From the IMG/VR virus record IMGVR_UViG_3300026522_000021: a stretch of 64,000 bases of DNA, one strand, 5' to 3'. Made by a program: the position numbers and the translations under genes. The stretch is from a virus (lineage: Duplodnaviria > Caudoviricetes). Under the pieces are notes generated by a model that worked only from the letters and a program-made list of their open reading frames with translations, was not told where the DNA came from and searched no databases. This document shows, one piece after another, positions 33,330 through 44,098 of the stretch; positions within the stretch are counted from its first letter, which is position 1, and every line of letters begins with the position of its first letter.

Positions 33330-33735
33330 TCATTTAAGGTTTGTATCGCTTGTCTGAAGAATCTCTCTTTTATTTCTTCCATATTCAACAACTATCATTG
33401 GTTGTGCATTTCCACCTTGAAAAGTTCTCAGTGTTGGGCATAAACCATTTTTCGCCCACACATTTCCAGCGTATCCAGTGCTAAAATCTTTGCTATAAAT
33501 ATTACCAATACATTTGGCATTATCTGTGTTATCTTGCATTATTTATATCTCGCTTTTTATGAACTACATACAAATATGAATATCCACCCATATTCCCTAA
33601 CGGTTGAGCAGTAAGTGCCATAGCTATTCCTCTTGAGTCATAAACCCTATTTCCTTGCCTATACTGTTTACCGAAATTCTTATTACCAAATCCACAAAGA
33701 AAAATAGGTTTATTGCAATTATTTTGCACTCTCAA
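33330..33735 (-). CDS. Two small ORFs (33529-33735, 33330-33539) resembling free-standing MTase target-recognition repeats
   Basis: GNRVYDSRGIAMALTA and GNVWAKNGLCPTLRT; located between the two MTase halves. Confidence 0.6.
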
Positions 33736-34663
33736 TCACTCCATTCATAGATTGGTTTCCAAAACCTTTATAATCTCTTGCCAGCAAAGTATTTGCACAA
33801 TTAGTATACTTATCAAGTTTACCACATTGATCTGAGACTAAAGCTGTTTTCTGTGTTACTGCTTGCCATGAATGCTTTTTGTCGCTAATCCCACCCCATG
33901 ACGCTGCTATAGTTTTAGAAACCGTTCGTTCTGGAATCTTACCATCGTGAATCAGTTCTTCTAATAGCTTTCTCGCATTAGGAGTATTCACATAATACTT
34001 TTCATCAACTTCATCTTCTAGCATATCCAGTAAACACATATTGTTATTGAATGGTTCTGGAAATTTAAACCTACCATTATCATATTCTTTCAAAATAATA
34101 ATCAAGTATACACGTTCTCTATTTTGTGGAATCCCATAATCCTTACTATTAAGCACTTTCCAATAACAGTTATAACCGTATTCTTCAAGTTCACCAATAA
34201 ACATGTCAAAGGTTTGTATGAAAGATTTTCCTACTATATTTTTCACGTTCTCATATATTCCCCATTTTGGTTTATTTGCTCTTATAATTCGCAGCCATTC
34301 AACCAATAAGGATGATCGTGTTTTGTCAAGGTTCTCGCTTCCGCATTTAGGGCATTTACTTCTTTGACTATAATGTACAGTCAGTGGATTATATTCTTCT
34401 CCACAGTCATTACACTTCCACTTACTACCTTTTTGCTTTCCTGCTACAGAAAAATCTTGGCATGGTGATCCTCCACAAATCATTGTGAATGGTTCAAGTG
34501 TATTCTCGTCAACCTTAGTTATGTCTCCAAGATTCTTTTGTTCATCTTCATTATGTATAGCGCAATAACTCTTTGCGGCGTATTTATCGAATTCACAAAA
34601 GTTAATCAGCTCGTAACCCTTAGAATCCGATAAAACAATCTTTTTATCGTTCTTATCTTCCAT
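33719..34663 (-). CDS. C5 cytosine methyltransferase catalytic subunit (motifs II-VIII; motif I absent)
   Basis: CEFDKYA, GDI, GGSPCQDFS, ENV, PQNRERVY. Confidence 0.88.
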   Translation of the reverse strand: MEDKNDKKIVLSDSKGYELINFCEFDKYAAKSYCAIHNEDEQKNLGDITKVDENTLEPFTMICGGSPCQDFSVAGKQKGSKWKCNDCGEEYNPLTVHYSQRSKCPKCGSENLDKTRSSLLVEWLRIIRANKPKWGIYENVKNIVGKSFIQTFDMFIGELEEYGYNCYWKVLNSKDYGIPQNRERVYLIIILKEYDNGRFKFPEPFNNNMCLLDMLEDEVDEKYYVNTPNARKLLEELIHDGKIPERTVSKTIAASWGGISDKKHSWQAVTQKTALVSDQCGKLDKYTNCANTLLARDYKGFGNQSMNGVIESAK

Positions 34664-34810
34664 AAACTACCTATTTTAGCGCACTTTGAAAATTGTAACG
34701 CTTCACCTTTCTTGATTTTGTTAGCAAGCGAAAATCTTTTTGACTATTTTAGTGGGTTTATTTTCACTAAAGCGTCAATAAAAAGATTGTTTCTTTATCT
34801 TGCCTTATTT

Positions 34811-34839
34811 ATTGTACTATATTTTCTCTGTTTCGTCAA
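34811..34839 (-). promoter_or_regulatory. SigA-type promoter
   Basis: TTGACG-17 nt-TACAAT. Confidence 0.7.
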
Positions 34840-35371
34840 GTATTATTTTGCATTATCAATAATGCTTGTTCAAAATACCTTGCAGTATAGAGTCTAAGTC
34901 AACTACACTTTTGTCAACCTTAGATGTTATATCATCAATCTTGAGAGTTTCAACAATGCCACCTGAATATATAACATGATAGATTACATCATGAATAGTA
35001 TCTGCTGTATCGTAATCTTCAATGTATGTAATAAGACAAGGCAATCCAACTTTAGTTAAAACAATATCCCCAACATTATAAACACCGTAATAAGATAAGA
35101 CAGCTTCGGCAACATCATTGAAATCCATTTTGTCTACCTTTCGGCTGCTTAAACTTTCATCAGGAAAGAACCGATTCCATTTTCCGTTTGTGCTTGGATA
35201 ATCTTTCTTTGCTTTCTCTACTTCTTGAATAATCCACCTTGTTTCGTTATACGTCATTTGCATTCCTCTTGTAACCATTTAAGAATTTCTCTAAATGAAA
35301 TTCTTCTCCATTTATGCGCATAAGCGAACAGCAACCATGCAAGTTCCCTGTCACTTTTCGCCCTAACCATA

Positions 35372-35644
35372 TCAGCATTTGTCATAACTTCTCCTGTTCC
35401 ACGCTTTAATCGCATTGTCTTGAGCTTCTTGATATGTCCAATGGAAACCATGTGTACGAACTTCAGCAAAGCAATTTAGGCATAACACTCGACTTGTGAA
35501 TTTGCATTGAGGTCTATCGGTTCTCTCTTCCGTAAAGATGCTTATGTCTGATCCTTTACTTCCGCAAAATGGGCATGGTCTTAAATACATGACTGTTCCT
35601 CCACTGGTATATATGTCTGTTCTTTTATTTTTCCAAGTTCCCAA
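35372..35644 (-). CDS. Lar-family (restriction alleviation) Zn-ribbon protein
   Basis: LRPCPFCG...CxxC...AIKAWNRR. Confidence 0.75.
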   Translation of the reverse strand: MGTWKNKRTDIYTSGGTVMYLRPCPFCGSKGSDISIFTEERTDRPQCKFTSRVLCLNCFAEVRTHGFHWTYQEAQDNAIKAWNRRSYDKC

Positions 35645-36205
35645 TCATCGAACAGCATTCTCAAAGCTTTTTCTACAACATCCTTTTCAGCCTGATACAT
35701 AAGCATCGGGCAGTCTATATCGCGAATAACATTCAAAACCATTTCAGCCCAATGAGCATCTTTGTCAGTTACTTCAAATCTGCTTCGATATGGTTTCAAT
35801 TCTCTGATTCTATCTTGTGTTGTCAATGCACCTGTTTCTGCTGTAATATCAAGAACTTCTTTGATGCTTACTGGATAATCTTGTTCAATGCCAACCCATC
35901 CCATAATCTTAAATAGTATATATCCTTTCACCACTTTCTATAGCAGATAACAATTTATTAAATGATATTTTCGCTTCTTCTTCACTATCATACTTGCCAA
36001 AACATATCGGTTTCCCATCATATTTATATCCACGTATAAACCAATTAGCCTCGTTTGATATAGGATTACACAGCTTATCTGATAATTGAATTTTATCAAA
36101 ACTACCAAGTGGATGAATTTCATTTTTATCTTTTCTAATAATAATCATAATTGTTTGCCTCCTGCAATTTCGTTTAATTTTTCTACATTTATTCTTGATG
36201 GCATA

Positions 36206-36850
36206 TCAACTTTTTTTTTCAATAATATAATTCTTAATTATTTCAATATCGTCGTTTGTTAAATTAAACCATTCGCAATCACCATTTCTGCGTCTTTTAT
36301 TTTTAAACATATTATGTAATTCTTTTTCAACTATAACATTATCATATACATATTCAAATACATGATATAATGGTTCATCAGGGAGATGAGTATATTCACC
36401 AATTCTTTTTGCTCTTTCATTACATCTTCCTATTTTATAAACACCCATATTCTCCATTACATAGACAAACCCTTGTCTCAAACACTTTGGATTCTCTATT
36501 AATTCATATGTATAATAAAAACACTTATTACCATCACGGTTTTTATGTTGAATCAAATATCCAGATTGTTTTAACTCGCTCCAAGCACTTTCAAATGCTT
36601 TCGTGCCTTCGTTACATTTTGACTTTAAAAAAGATTTATATAAAATAAAACCATCTAAAGTGATGTAACTTTGTATTAAACAATATAAACCTTTTGCTTT
36701 TAAAGAAATATCTTTATCTCTCAATAAATAATTGGAGACAATAGAAAAATTTCCTTTTTTGGTATTTAAAAATGCACCATTCTTATTATTCATATAATAT
36801 TCGCTTTCTATATGTATAAATGCGCCGCGCCGAAACACGGCGCAATCCAT
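36206..36850 (-). CDS. Replication-initiator-like HTH fused to a T5orf172/GIY-YIG domain
   Basis: NFSIVSN..LRD..ISLKAKGLY; GFVYVM, YKIG, EKELH, EWF. Confidence 0.65.
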   Translation of the reverse strand: MDCAVFRRGAFIHIESEYYMNNKNGAFLNTKKGNFSIVSNYLLRDKDISLKAKGLYCLIQSYITLDGFILYKSFLKSKCNEGTKAFESAWSELKQSGYLIQHKNRDGNKCFYYTYELIENPKCLRQGFVYVMENMGVYKIGRCNERAKRIGEYTHLPDEPLYHVFEYVYDNVIVEKELHNMFKNKRRRNGDCEWFNLTNDDIEIIKNYIIEKKS

Positions 36851-36858
36851 ATCAAATT

Positions 36859-37806
36859 TTATTCTCTATACTCCCAGTTTTTGTTAACGATATGATGACC
36901 GTCATAGCTGAAATCATCAAAATACTTTCGTACCTGAGCTATAAAGAGTACAGATCGACAACACTTGTATTCTTTGTTCTCTAAGAAACAGTAATATGCA
37001 AGCAATGTATCCCAAAATAATGCATCATTATTTTCGAGTTTAGCAAGACCGTATTTTCGAATATTGAAATATACATAAATAAAAAGTTTCCTGATTCCAA
37101 ATTCCTTACCATCTTCAATCATATTGTTTCGGCAATCATGTAAAGCAAGTTGAGCATTACGAATATCTTTTAACGTTACTTTCCCTGTATCATAAGCAAC
37201 ATATGATGCTGCGAGAAAACTTGAACAGTAGGCTAAAGAAGTTCCCGGATAATAATTTTGCAGAATAATTTCTCTACAAAACTCGCCGAATGTATCTATT
37301 TTTTCTTTGATAAATTCAATACAACTATCCATATCATCCGCGCCATAGCTCATATAATTAAGAAGCCTTTTAATAACCATTATTATTCTTTTGTCGCATA
37401 AAACTTCAAACATACTTCTCATCGAGTCATCAACGAAAGTTTCTTTTTTATGGTTAAAAATAACCTCTGATTTGATAGGTTTATTGACACTGATGCAATC
37501 ATAAAGTTTTTCAATGTTATCAACCACATCTCCATTACGAGTTAATACAATAGGATTTTGATTATACTTAGCGGCGTTATCAACTTTATGATATTCACCA
37601 TAATTTCTACGTTTTCGAAGAATCTTTCGTGCATCATCTGGATAAATTGTACATTCCATTATTGCTATATTGTCGTGTCGAATGCTTTTTAAAATTTCAA
37701 TTATTTTATCAAATGATATTTCTGTTACAAATTCATTATTGATAGTTACTGTGTTAATTCCTGTATCCATAAATTTCTCCTTTAGCCGTATAGTCCGATA
37801 CTTCAT
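36859..37806 (-). CDS. Hypothetical protein
   Basis: 315-aa AT-rich ORF. Confidence 0.6.
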   Translation of the reverse strand: MKYRTIRLKEKFMDTGINTVTINNEFVTEISFDKIIEILKSIRHDNIAIMECTIYPDDARKILRKRRNYGEYHKVDNAAKYNQNPIVLTRNGDVVDNIEKLYDCISVNKPIKSEVIFNHKKETFVDDSMRSMFEVLCDKRIIMVIKRLLNYMSYGADDMDSCIEFIKEKIDTFGEFCREIILQNYYPGTSLAYCSSFLAASYVAYDTGKVTLKDIRNAQLALHDCRNNMIEDGKEFGIRKLFIYVYFNIRKYGLAKLENNDALFWDTLLAYYCFLENKEYKCCRSVLFIAQVRKYFDDFSYDGHHIVNKNWEYRE

Positions 37807-38096
37807 CTAAAAAAATATTATTATAGAATATATATAAATCGGAAATCATTTGATTTTACACTTGCGTAACCGAATTATATTTTATATAAACGGTTTTCTT
37901 GCTTCTATCATAAATTTATTTGGGACTACACCACATGCCTTCATCCACTTTTCTACTTCTTCGCAGACCATTAAATGTTTTTCATATTCGGCTATGTTAC
38001 TGTCTTTTGACATAATAACTTTGTTATGATGCTCGCCGTATGATTCTAATAGCTCATTCATATCTTCATCTGAAATCTTCCATCCATAATTATATT

Positions 38097-38897
38097 TCAT
38101 TTAATTACCTCGCTATGGTTTTTGATCTTTGAACAAATTTTCTGCAACGCTTCTTTGTTTGACATATAAAATGGATCTTCTCCAAGCATCGCAACGATTG
38201 ACTGACCAAATCTCATCATTGGATATTGGCTATGATAATCCATTAACGCCTGAAGTATATCATCATAATCATCAGCTTCTTTTGTATCACGAGTGTACTT
38301 TGCTTTCGGATCGTAATGATCTACGATGTATTGCAACGTTCTCGGTGCATAATCAATGTACGGATACATGCATCCAACATTATAAATCTCACAAGGAAAT
38401 CCCTGACGATTTAACATAGCGGTTAATCGTCTTTCCATCTCGCTCTCGGCTGAATTGTGCGAATGACCGTGAAGCATTATGGCGTTTCTGTAATGATGGT
38501 TGTAAAACGGCATATAATAATGCGATAAAATTACTCTTTTATTAGCGCCATTTACTTCATCATTGACTTCTTTATACGGTACAACTTCTTCAAATAGCTT
38601 TTTAAAACGGTCATTTACGAACTTATCGTGATTACCAAGAATAAGATGTTTATTGCCATTAAGATTGTTTAATAATTCTTTGTAATAATCTAAATTCTGA
38701 TTATTTACCTTCCAACAAATGTCTCCAAGCACATAGATATGATCCGCATTAGTTACAGCTGCGTTCCATTTTCTTGTTATAGCCTCGTGCATTTCATCTA
38801 AATTTTTGAAACCACGATTATCAAAATCTTTTCCTGCTTTTGTTACATTGATATGCCCTAAGTGCAAATCTGAAATATATAATTTACGTTCTGCCAT
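38097..38897 (-). CDS. Calcineurin-like metallophosphoesterase
   Basis: SDLHLGH, LGD, GNHD, HGHSH. Confidence 0.88.
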   Translation of the reverse strand: MAERKLYISDLHLGHINVTKAGKDFDNRGFKNLDEMHEAITRKWNAAVTNADHIYVLGDICWKVNNQNLDYYKELLNNLNGNKHLILGNHDKFVNDRFKKLFEEVVPYKEVNDEVNGANKRVILSHYYMPFYNHHYRNAIMLHGHSHNSAESEMERRLTAMLNRQGFPCEIYNVGCMYPYIDYAPRTLQYIVDHYDPKAKYTRDTKEADDYDDILQALMDYHSQYPMMRFGQSIVAMLGEDPFYMSNKEALQKICSKIKNHSEVIK

Positions 38898-40063
38898 TTA
38901 TTTACCTGTCAACTATTTCAAGTTTAATCCTTTTATAACCGCCACTAAAAATCAATCTTTTGTCAAGTTCTATTGCGTCTGTTTCAGCTGCGTTCATGGT
39001 CAAATATTCTCCTACATAGTGTGTTTCATCTGAATTGCCATACTTATTATTTTTCCACAAATCAACCTTTATTCTATACATCCTATAAAACCCTTTTAGG
39101 CGTATCGTATTTGTAATATCTCCAAAGATAATTGATAAACCTATCCCAATTCATCATAACTTGGTCAAATACATCTATCTTTTCTGGCTTAAAATTCTCA
39201 TAATATGGGAATCCATAAACCAAAATTTCCCATTCACACTTGCTCCAGAAGTAATACAATAAGCTACTACGAACTTCTTTTTCAAATTTTGAAAAACCAT
39301 TTTCACTATCTTTATGATGATTTATCCACGCTTTATCGCAATCATTTAAGAAGCCAGCATGATTGAAAATATTATATTTTTCAATTCTCTTTGCGTTTAC
39401 ATTCTCTATAATTGCGTACCATTCTGGACTTTCTTTGTTATTACTGGACATATTGTTTCTCCATATTTATCATAGTATTGCTTTGCCTTACATACATGAC
39501 CTAAAGACGTTAGTATACTAAAAGGACAATTAACCCAACAGGCACTTTCTATCATAGGTTTCCAATCGTCAGGAGCTTCAAATTCTAAAACATATTTCAT
39601 TTGTTCACCAACAAAGATTCGCAAATATGTTATTTGCGTATTTTTATAGAAAACTTAATTGTTCAAACTGGACATTCAAGTTATTATCGCGTTTTCTTGT
39701 ATTATTTCTTGGATGATATTGCTTACCAGTTATAACATCACCCATATCTGACAACACAAAATTTCTGCAATTCGTTTCTCGTTTAACTTGTTCTTCAGTC
39801 CAATGCGGTTGTTTACCTTCTGGATGATTGCTACATCTGTAATCGTCTGCTTCAAAGCAATAAGCGCAATATCTATGATACTTCTTCATCTTTATCTCCA
39901 GATTTCATAACCATGCTATACAGATTGGATAATCCACGATATTCTTTTGTAGTCCCATCTTCGATTTCTTCTACGATATCTTTTAACGACTTACTATCTT
40001 TCGATTTCTCTGGCGTAACAAACGGCAATCCACAACAATCATCCATTTTTCAAAACCTCAGTT

Positions 40064-40819
40064 TTATGCTATACGAATTATTTGTTCATACAAGCAAATA
40101 AATTTCCCCATAACTTGTTCATTTCTATGCAGATGCGCGAAGAACCATTTCGTAAATTTTAATCCATCCCATAACAATTCATTGAAATACCATGTCAATT
40201 TATCTCTGTCTGTAAATCCCATGACAGACTGTACTTCTTGAGGCGCACAATGGCTAATCACAAAATCAACTTCATTGTTTACAGCCTTTAAAGATTGTCG
40301 CCCACGTTCCATCTCTTCATCATTCGGCATTTCTTGATCCCACCATGATACGCCCCTGACACGAAACATCTTTCCGTACTTCTGCCATCTCCTATATGTA
40401 TCTCTAAAGTCATCCATGTCTACGAAATCATTAGGGTCTAAAATTCCATCTTGAATATCGTGCGAGCTTGCGCCTCCAAAGGCAAAGAATTTTTTATCGC
40501 ATATATCAAACACGTAACCGCGCATTAAATGATAAATATTATCCCTGATTTTGTGCGCTTTACCACCGTGGAAATCAACAATAGGATACGTGTAAAGCAA
40601 ATCGAAATTCTCATGATTTCCATCAACGAACAGCGTTGTAAACGGTTTATTATTCAGCCAATCAAGCCAATACTTTTCATCTTTTGAGTTAGACCATACC
40701 AGACCAAAGTCACCTAAGATAATAACGAAATCATCACGCGTCATTTCTTTCTGTTCTGGAAAACTATCTACGCTAAATCGGCGTGGATCTCCATGAATGT
40801 CACCTGTGCAATAAATCAT
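40064..40819 (-). CDS. Calcineurin-like metallophosphoesterase
   Basis: GDIHG, LGDFG, GNHE, SHCAP, AHLH. Confidence 0.88.
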   Translation of the reverse strand: MIYCTGDIHGDPRRFSVDSFPEQKEMTRDDFVIILGDFGLVWSNSKDEKYWLDWLNNKPFTTLFVDGNHENFDLLYTYPIVDFHGGKAHKIRDNIYHLMRGYVFDICDKKFFAFGGASSHDIQDGILDPNDFVDMDDFRDTYRRWQKYGKMFRVRGVSWWDQEMPNDEEMERGRQSLKAVNNEVDFVISHCAPQEVQSVMGFTDRDKLTWYFNELLWDGLKFTKWFFAHLHRNEQVMGKFICLYEQIIRIA

Positions 40820-41445
40820 TCGTCATACCTCTCTAACTTTTGTTCTTTGGTTTTCAAAATGAAATCCCTGTATTCTTCATAGTCCTTGAACTTGATGTAT
40901 TCACCATTGATTACATCGAAACAATTTTCATTTCTGGCAAATTCATATGCGTTTGCGCTGATAACAAAGTAAATGTCTTTATTCTTTTCTGTTTCTATAA
41001 CCAATGGAATAAGACTTTCTTTTATATCAATCACATTGTCAATACTTAATCCGCTGTCAATAGCATCAAACAAGAACCATAGTTCTTTAGCATCTGGATT
41101 TTCCTGCGACATGCGCCCCATTTTTCTGGCTATATCTTCAAGAACGTTTACAATGTTTTCGCCTTCGCTACTCATCATTGTTCTTGCTACGATATCAAAA
41201 TTTCCCCAAAATGCAGCCTTACTTCTTAACTCTCTCTCGCCGTCATGCATATTGCTATGAAACAGCACAGGAATATCTTTGTTTTTCAAACTTTGATTTA
41301 TTTGATTGAGAAGTGTAGTCTTTCCTGCGCCATTACATCCAACAAGAACAGTTAGCCCTGTATTTATTTTGATTTGCTTCTTCTTAAAGATTGCAAACCC
41401 ATCATCACCATACCAATCATTTGATAATCTGAATTGTCTGCTCAT
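40816..41445 (-). CDS. Small ABC/AAA-type ATPase
   Basis: GCNGAGKT, SSEGE signature, FLFDAIDSGLS. Confidence 0.75.
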   Translation of the reverse strand: MSRQFRLSNDWYGDDGFAIFKKKQIKINTGLTVLVGCNGAGKTTLLNQINQSLKNKDIPVLFHSNMHDGERELRSKAAFWGNFDIVARTMMSSEGENIVNVLEDIARKMGRMSQENPDAKELWFLFDAIDSGLSIDNVIDIKESLIPLVIETEKNKDIYFVISANAYEFARNENCFDVINGEYIKFKDYEEYRDFILKTKEQKLERYDE

Positions 41446-41897
41446 ACTAACATTCCATCAAGAATACTACTTACAAGTTTACCATCGGCTTTGCCTTTGA
41501 CTTTAGGCATAAGCTCTTTCATAATGATGCCTTTACTTTTCTTTGTTGCTGGATTATCAGAAGTAAAGCCAAGAGACAACATGACATCTTCAATAACGGC
41601 TCTGATCTGTGTTTCATCCATCAATTCAGGAGCAAACTTCTTTAGTGTTTCTATCCTTCTCTTGCATTGCTCGATAATATCCGTCCTATCTTCTGGACAC
41701 ATATCTAATGTTTCCTGCGTCTGACGGATTTCTTTATAAACAACTTCATTCTCTTCATCTTCTGTAAGCTCACGTTGTTTATCAATCTCTGCATTCTTTA
41801 ACGCAGAAAGAAGCAATGAAAGCGTATCTTTTGTTTCTTGATCGCGAGCCTTCATTGCATCAACCATGCACATTCTTACATAATCTTCTTTCTTCAT
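41442..41897 (-). CDS. GatB/YqeY-domain protein
   Basis: AMKARD, ALKNAEID, GIIMKELMPKVKGKADGKLV. Confidence 0.88.
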   Translation of the reverse strand: MKKEDYVRMCMVDAMKARDQETKDTLSLLLSALKNAEIDKQRELTEDEENEVVYKEIRQTQETLDMCPEDRTDIIEQCKRRIETLKKFAPELMDETQIRAVIEDVMLSLGFTSDNPATKKSKGIIMKELMPKVKGKADGKLVSSILDGMLV

Positions 41898-41956
41898 CTG
41901 GTTTCCTTTCTAAAAATGGCGCAGTGTATTTCAACCGCGCCATTATCTTGCCTTAT

Positions 41957-42640
41957 TTATTCATCTTTCTTTTCAGCTTTTTCCAATTCATCGAGAAGCC
42001 CTTTGAAAGACTCTTCAAGTTCTGCGGACGCTTGCTTTGATACTTCGCCGATAGCTCTCTTATATGCTTCTGTCATTTCGCGGATACGATCTTCGCGCTT
42101 CTTGTTCTCGGCTCGTCTTACTTCCTGTTTGATGGATGCAAGTTTAGCCCTTTCCTCTTTGGCTTTCTTTGCTTCTTCTTCTCTCTTTTTCTTTGTCGCG
42201 TCAAGCTTGCCCAATGCGTACTTGATAATTTTGTTGTAAGCGGACGATCCTGTGCCAATGATATCCATCTCGGAAAGCAGTTTCTTTACAACACAGATCA
42301 GAACACCAACTTCAAGGCTGAATACATCACCATCATTAAGATGCGCAACTTCTTTTGTTCCGTCTGCGAACTCAACGAATACAGTCTTGTCATTTGGATT
42401 AGATACATTAACAATGTCTGGCATGATACACGTACGTCCAATGATACCATTGTCGGCATTCAGATAACCAAGATAAAGATCACCATCTTCTGCAAAAACT
42501 GTACTTCCAACCGTGTTTTCTTCCATGCATTCTCGAAGATATGTAATCGCTTTATCTGGCAATATTAGTTCACCATTTTCATTGTAAAGTCCACATTCAA
42601 CTACTTTTGCTTCAATTCCATCCATAATTGTTTCCTCCAT
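41957..42640 (-). CDS. Hypothetical phage protein with coiled-coil C-terminus
   Basis: 227-aa ORF; TVFVEFADGTK. Confidence 0.6.
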   Translation of the reverse strand: MEETIMDGIEAKVVECGLYNENGELILPDKAITYLRECMEENTVGSTVFAEDGDLYLGYLNADNGIIGRTCIMPDIVNVSNPNDKTVFVEFADGTKEVAHLNDGDVFSLEVGVLICVVKKLLSEMDIIGTGSSAYNKIIKYALGKLDATKKKREEEAKKAKEERAKLASIKQEVRRAENKKREDRIREMTEAYKRAIGEVSKQASAELEESFKGLLDELEKAEKKDE

Positions 42641-42660
42641 GAGTTAATTTATAGTGGCAG

Positions 42661-42741
42661 TGCGGATGAAGGGATTCGAACCCTTACGCCATTTGGCATT
42701 AGTTCCTAAGACTAACGTGGCTGCCGTTACACCACATCCGC
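42661..42741 (-). tRNA. tRNA-Leu(TAG)
   Basis: Cloverleaf, TTAGT-CT TAG GA-ACTAA, long variable arm, GGTTCGAATCC; CCA not encoded. Confidence 0.9.
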
Positions 42742-42747
42742 AATTTA

Positions 42748-42839
42748 CAAGGCGCATTTGTTGTTTGGTGTCCTTGTCGGACAAATACGATAACCCTAAT
42801 CATCAGCTTGTAAACATTTGAAATTGCTGTATGCGCCTT
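42748..42839 (-). ncRNA. CAGCAA-module RNA A (free-standing)
   Basis: AAGGCGCA-TACAGCAA...TGCGCCTTG terminal stem. Confidence 0.7.
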
Positions 42840-42884
42840 TCGATATGAGAAAATATTTAAGAATATGTAGAAATAATCTACACA

Positions 42885-42958
42885 TGGAACATACAGGACT
42901 CGAACCTGTAACTTATCGGTTATGAGCCGATTGCTCTGACCAATTGAACTAATGTTCC
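42885..42958 (-). tRNA. tRNA with CAT anticodon (elongator Met or Ile2)
   Basis: ATCGG-CT CAT AA-CCGAT; canonical D and T arms. Confidence 0.88.
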
Positions 42959-43368
42959 AAACATAATCAATATCAATTCGCCTCGTCAATAATTACTCAA
43001 CCGCCGAAACGCTTTTAGTTGGTTTGCGTTGCCATCTTCGTTACTCTGCCATTACTCTTTCAAGTTCATATCCACAGCAGATATTCTTAATTTTCATGGT
43101 TTTCGCTACTTAATCCTTAACATCCTCGCCTCATTACCGGCGATTTGAATTGATATTGATTTGTCCGCATTGACTCGTCCTGTTCTCAGCCCCAACAACC
43201 AGACCACCATCACGCACTATGGGCAGAACCAATCAACCGATATTCTATTACGTTGTTGCGTTCGTAATATATTAGTAAATTCTGGTGCGTCAGTCATCAT
43301 AAGTGAATAAGTATATATCATTTCAACTTATTCCATCCTTGTTTACGGATGCTTTACTTATTTCTGAT

Positions 43369-43449
43369 TGCGATGATTTGGATTCGAACCAATACCTCGC
43401 CCACGTTTCCCATGTCTACAGGCGTATGCTACCTTTTACAACACACCGC
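43369..43449 (-). ncRNA. tRNA-like element with aberrant anticodon arm
   Basis: GCGGTG/CATCGC acceptor stem, T arm TTGG-TTCGAAT-CCAA, expanded anticodon loop. Confidence 0.55.
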
Positions 43450-43583
43450 TTTTCAGTTATTCCATACCTTTACATCTGTACTATGGTTAGCTACACCATC
43501 GCCACCCTCACACTTTTGTTAATCTTTCCCTTAATGCTATTCTCTGGATAACTTTTCTGAATTATTCGCGATATAATTCATAG

Positions 43584-43665
43584 TGCTTGCGGAGGGAGTC
43601 GAACCCTCAATCCGTCTGGCGTGTGAGCTTAAATCACATGTGTATTCCATTTCCACCACGCAAGC
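43584..43665 (-). tRNA. tRNA-Leu(TAA)
   Basis: TGTGA-TT TAA GC-TCACA, long variable arm. Confidence 0.88.
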
Positions 43666-43824
43666 ATGTGTGTAAAGACCCTTACAATAAACTTTACACG
43701 TATTTTGTTTAGCGACCTCAAGAAAGTAAACCAAATGACAACATACACACTGAAACACAAAGCACAAATCTATTTATAGGAGGAGATACCACTATGGCGC
43801 TAAAACAGGTTTTAGAAATCTTAA

Positions 43825-43952
43825 CAGCGAGGACAGGACTCGAACCTGTAACCTACGGCTTCCTGAATGCGTAACGTTAAAATTGCTGCGCGTATCTAAT
43901 ACAAGATACGTTGTTTGTTTTTACGTTGCTCTGCCAGTTGAGCTACCTCGCT
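43825..43952 (-). ncRNA. tRNA-like chimera F with CAGCAA module in the anticodon arm
   Basis: AGCGAGG/CCTCGCT acceptor stem, normal D and T arms; insert CGTATCT..AGATACG-CGCAGCAA. Confidence 0.75.
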
Positions 43953-44021
43953 GATGTTGTGGATGTGGCAATGGAAAACCAAGGCAAGAACCCACATCCA
44001 CTAATATGAGTGTTCTGAAAA

Positions 44022-44088
44022 CTAAGCGCATATAAAACTTTATCAATGACTGTCAGAAAAAGATTTTATAGTTTGCTGTTCGCGCTTA
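44022..44088 (-). ncRNA. CAGCAA-module RNA B (free-standing)
   Basis: TAAGCGCG-AACAGCAA...TGCGCTTAG. Confidence 0.7.
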
Positions 44089-44098
44089 AATCTATGAT

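Noticed and set aside
42699-43767. Minus-strand ORFs 42699-42989 and 43537-43767
   Set aside because: They overlap tRNA genes and ncRNA elements
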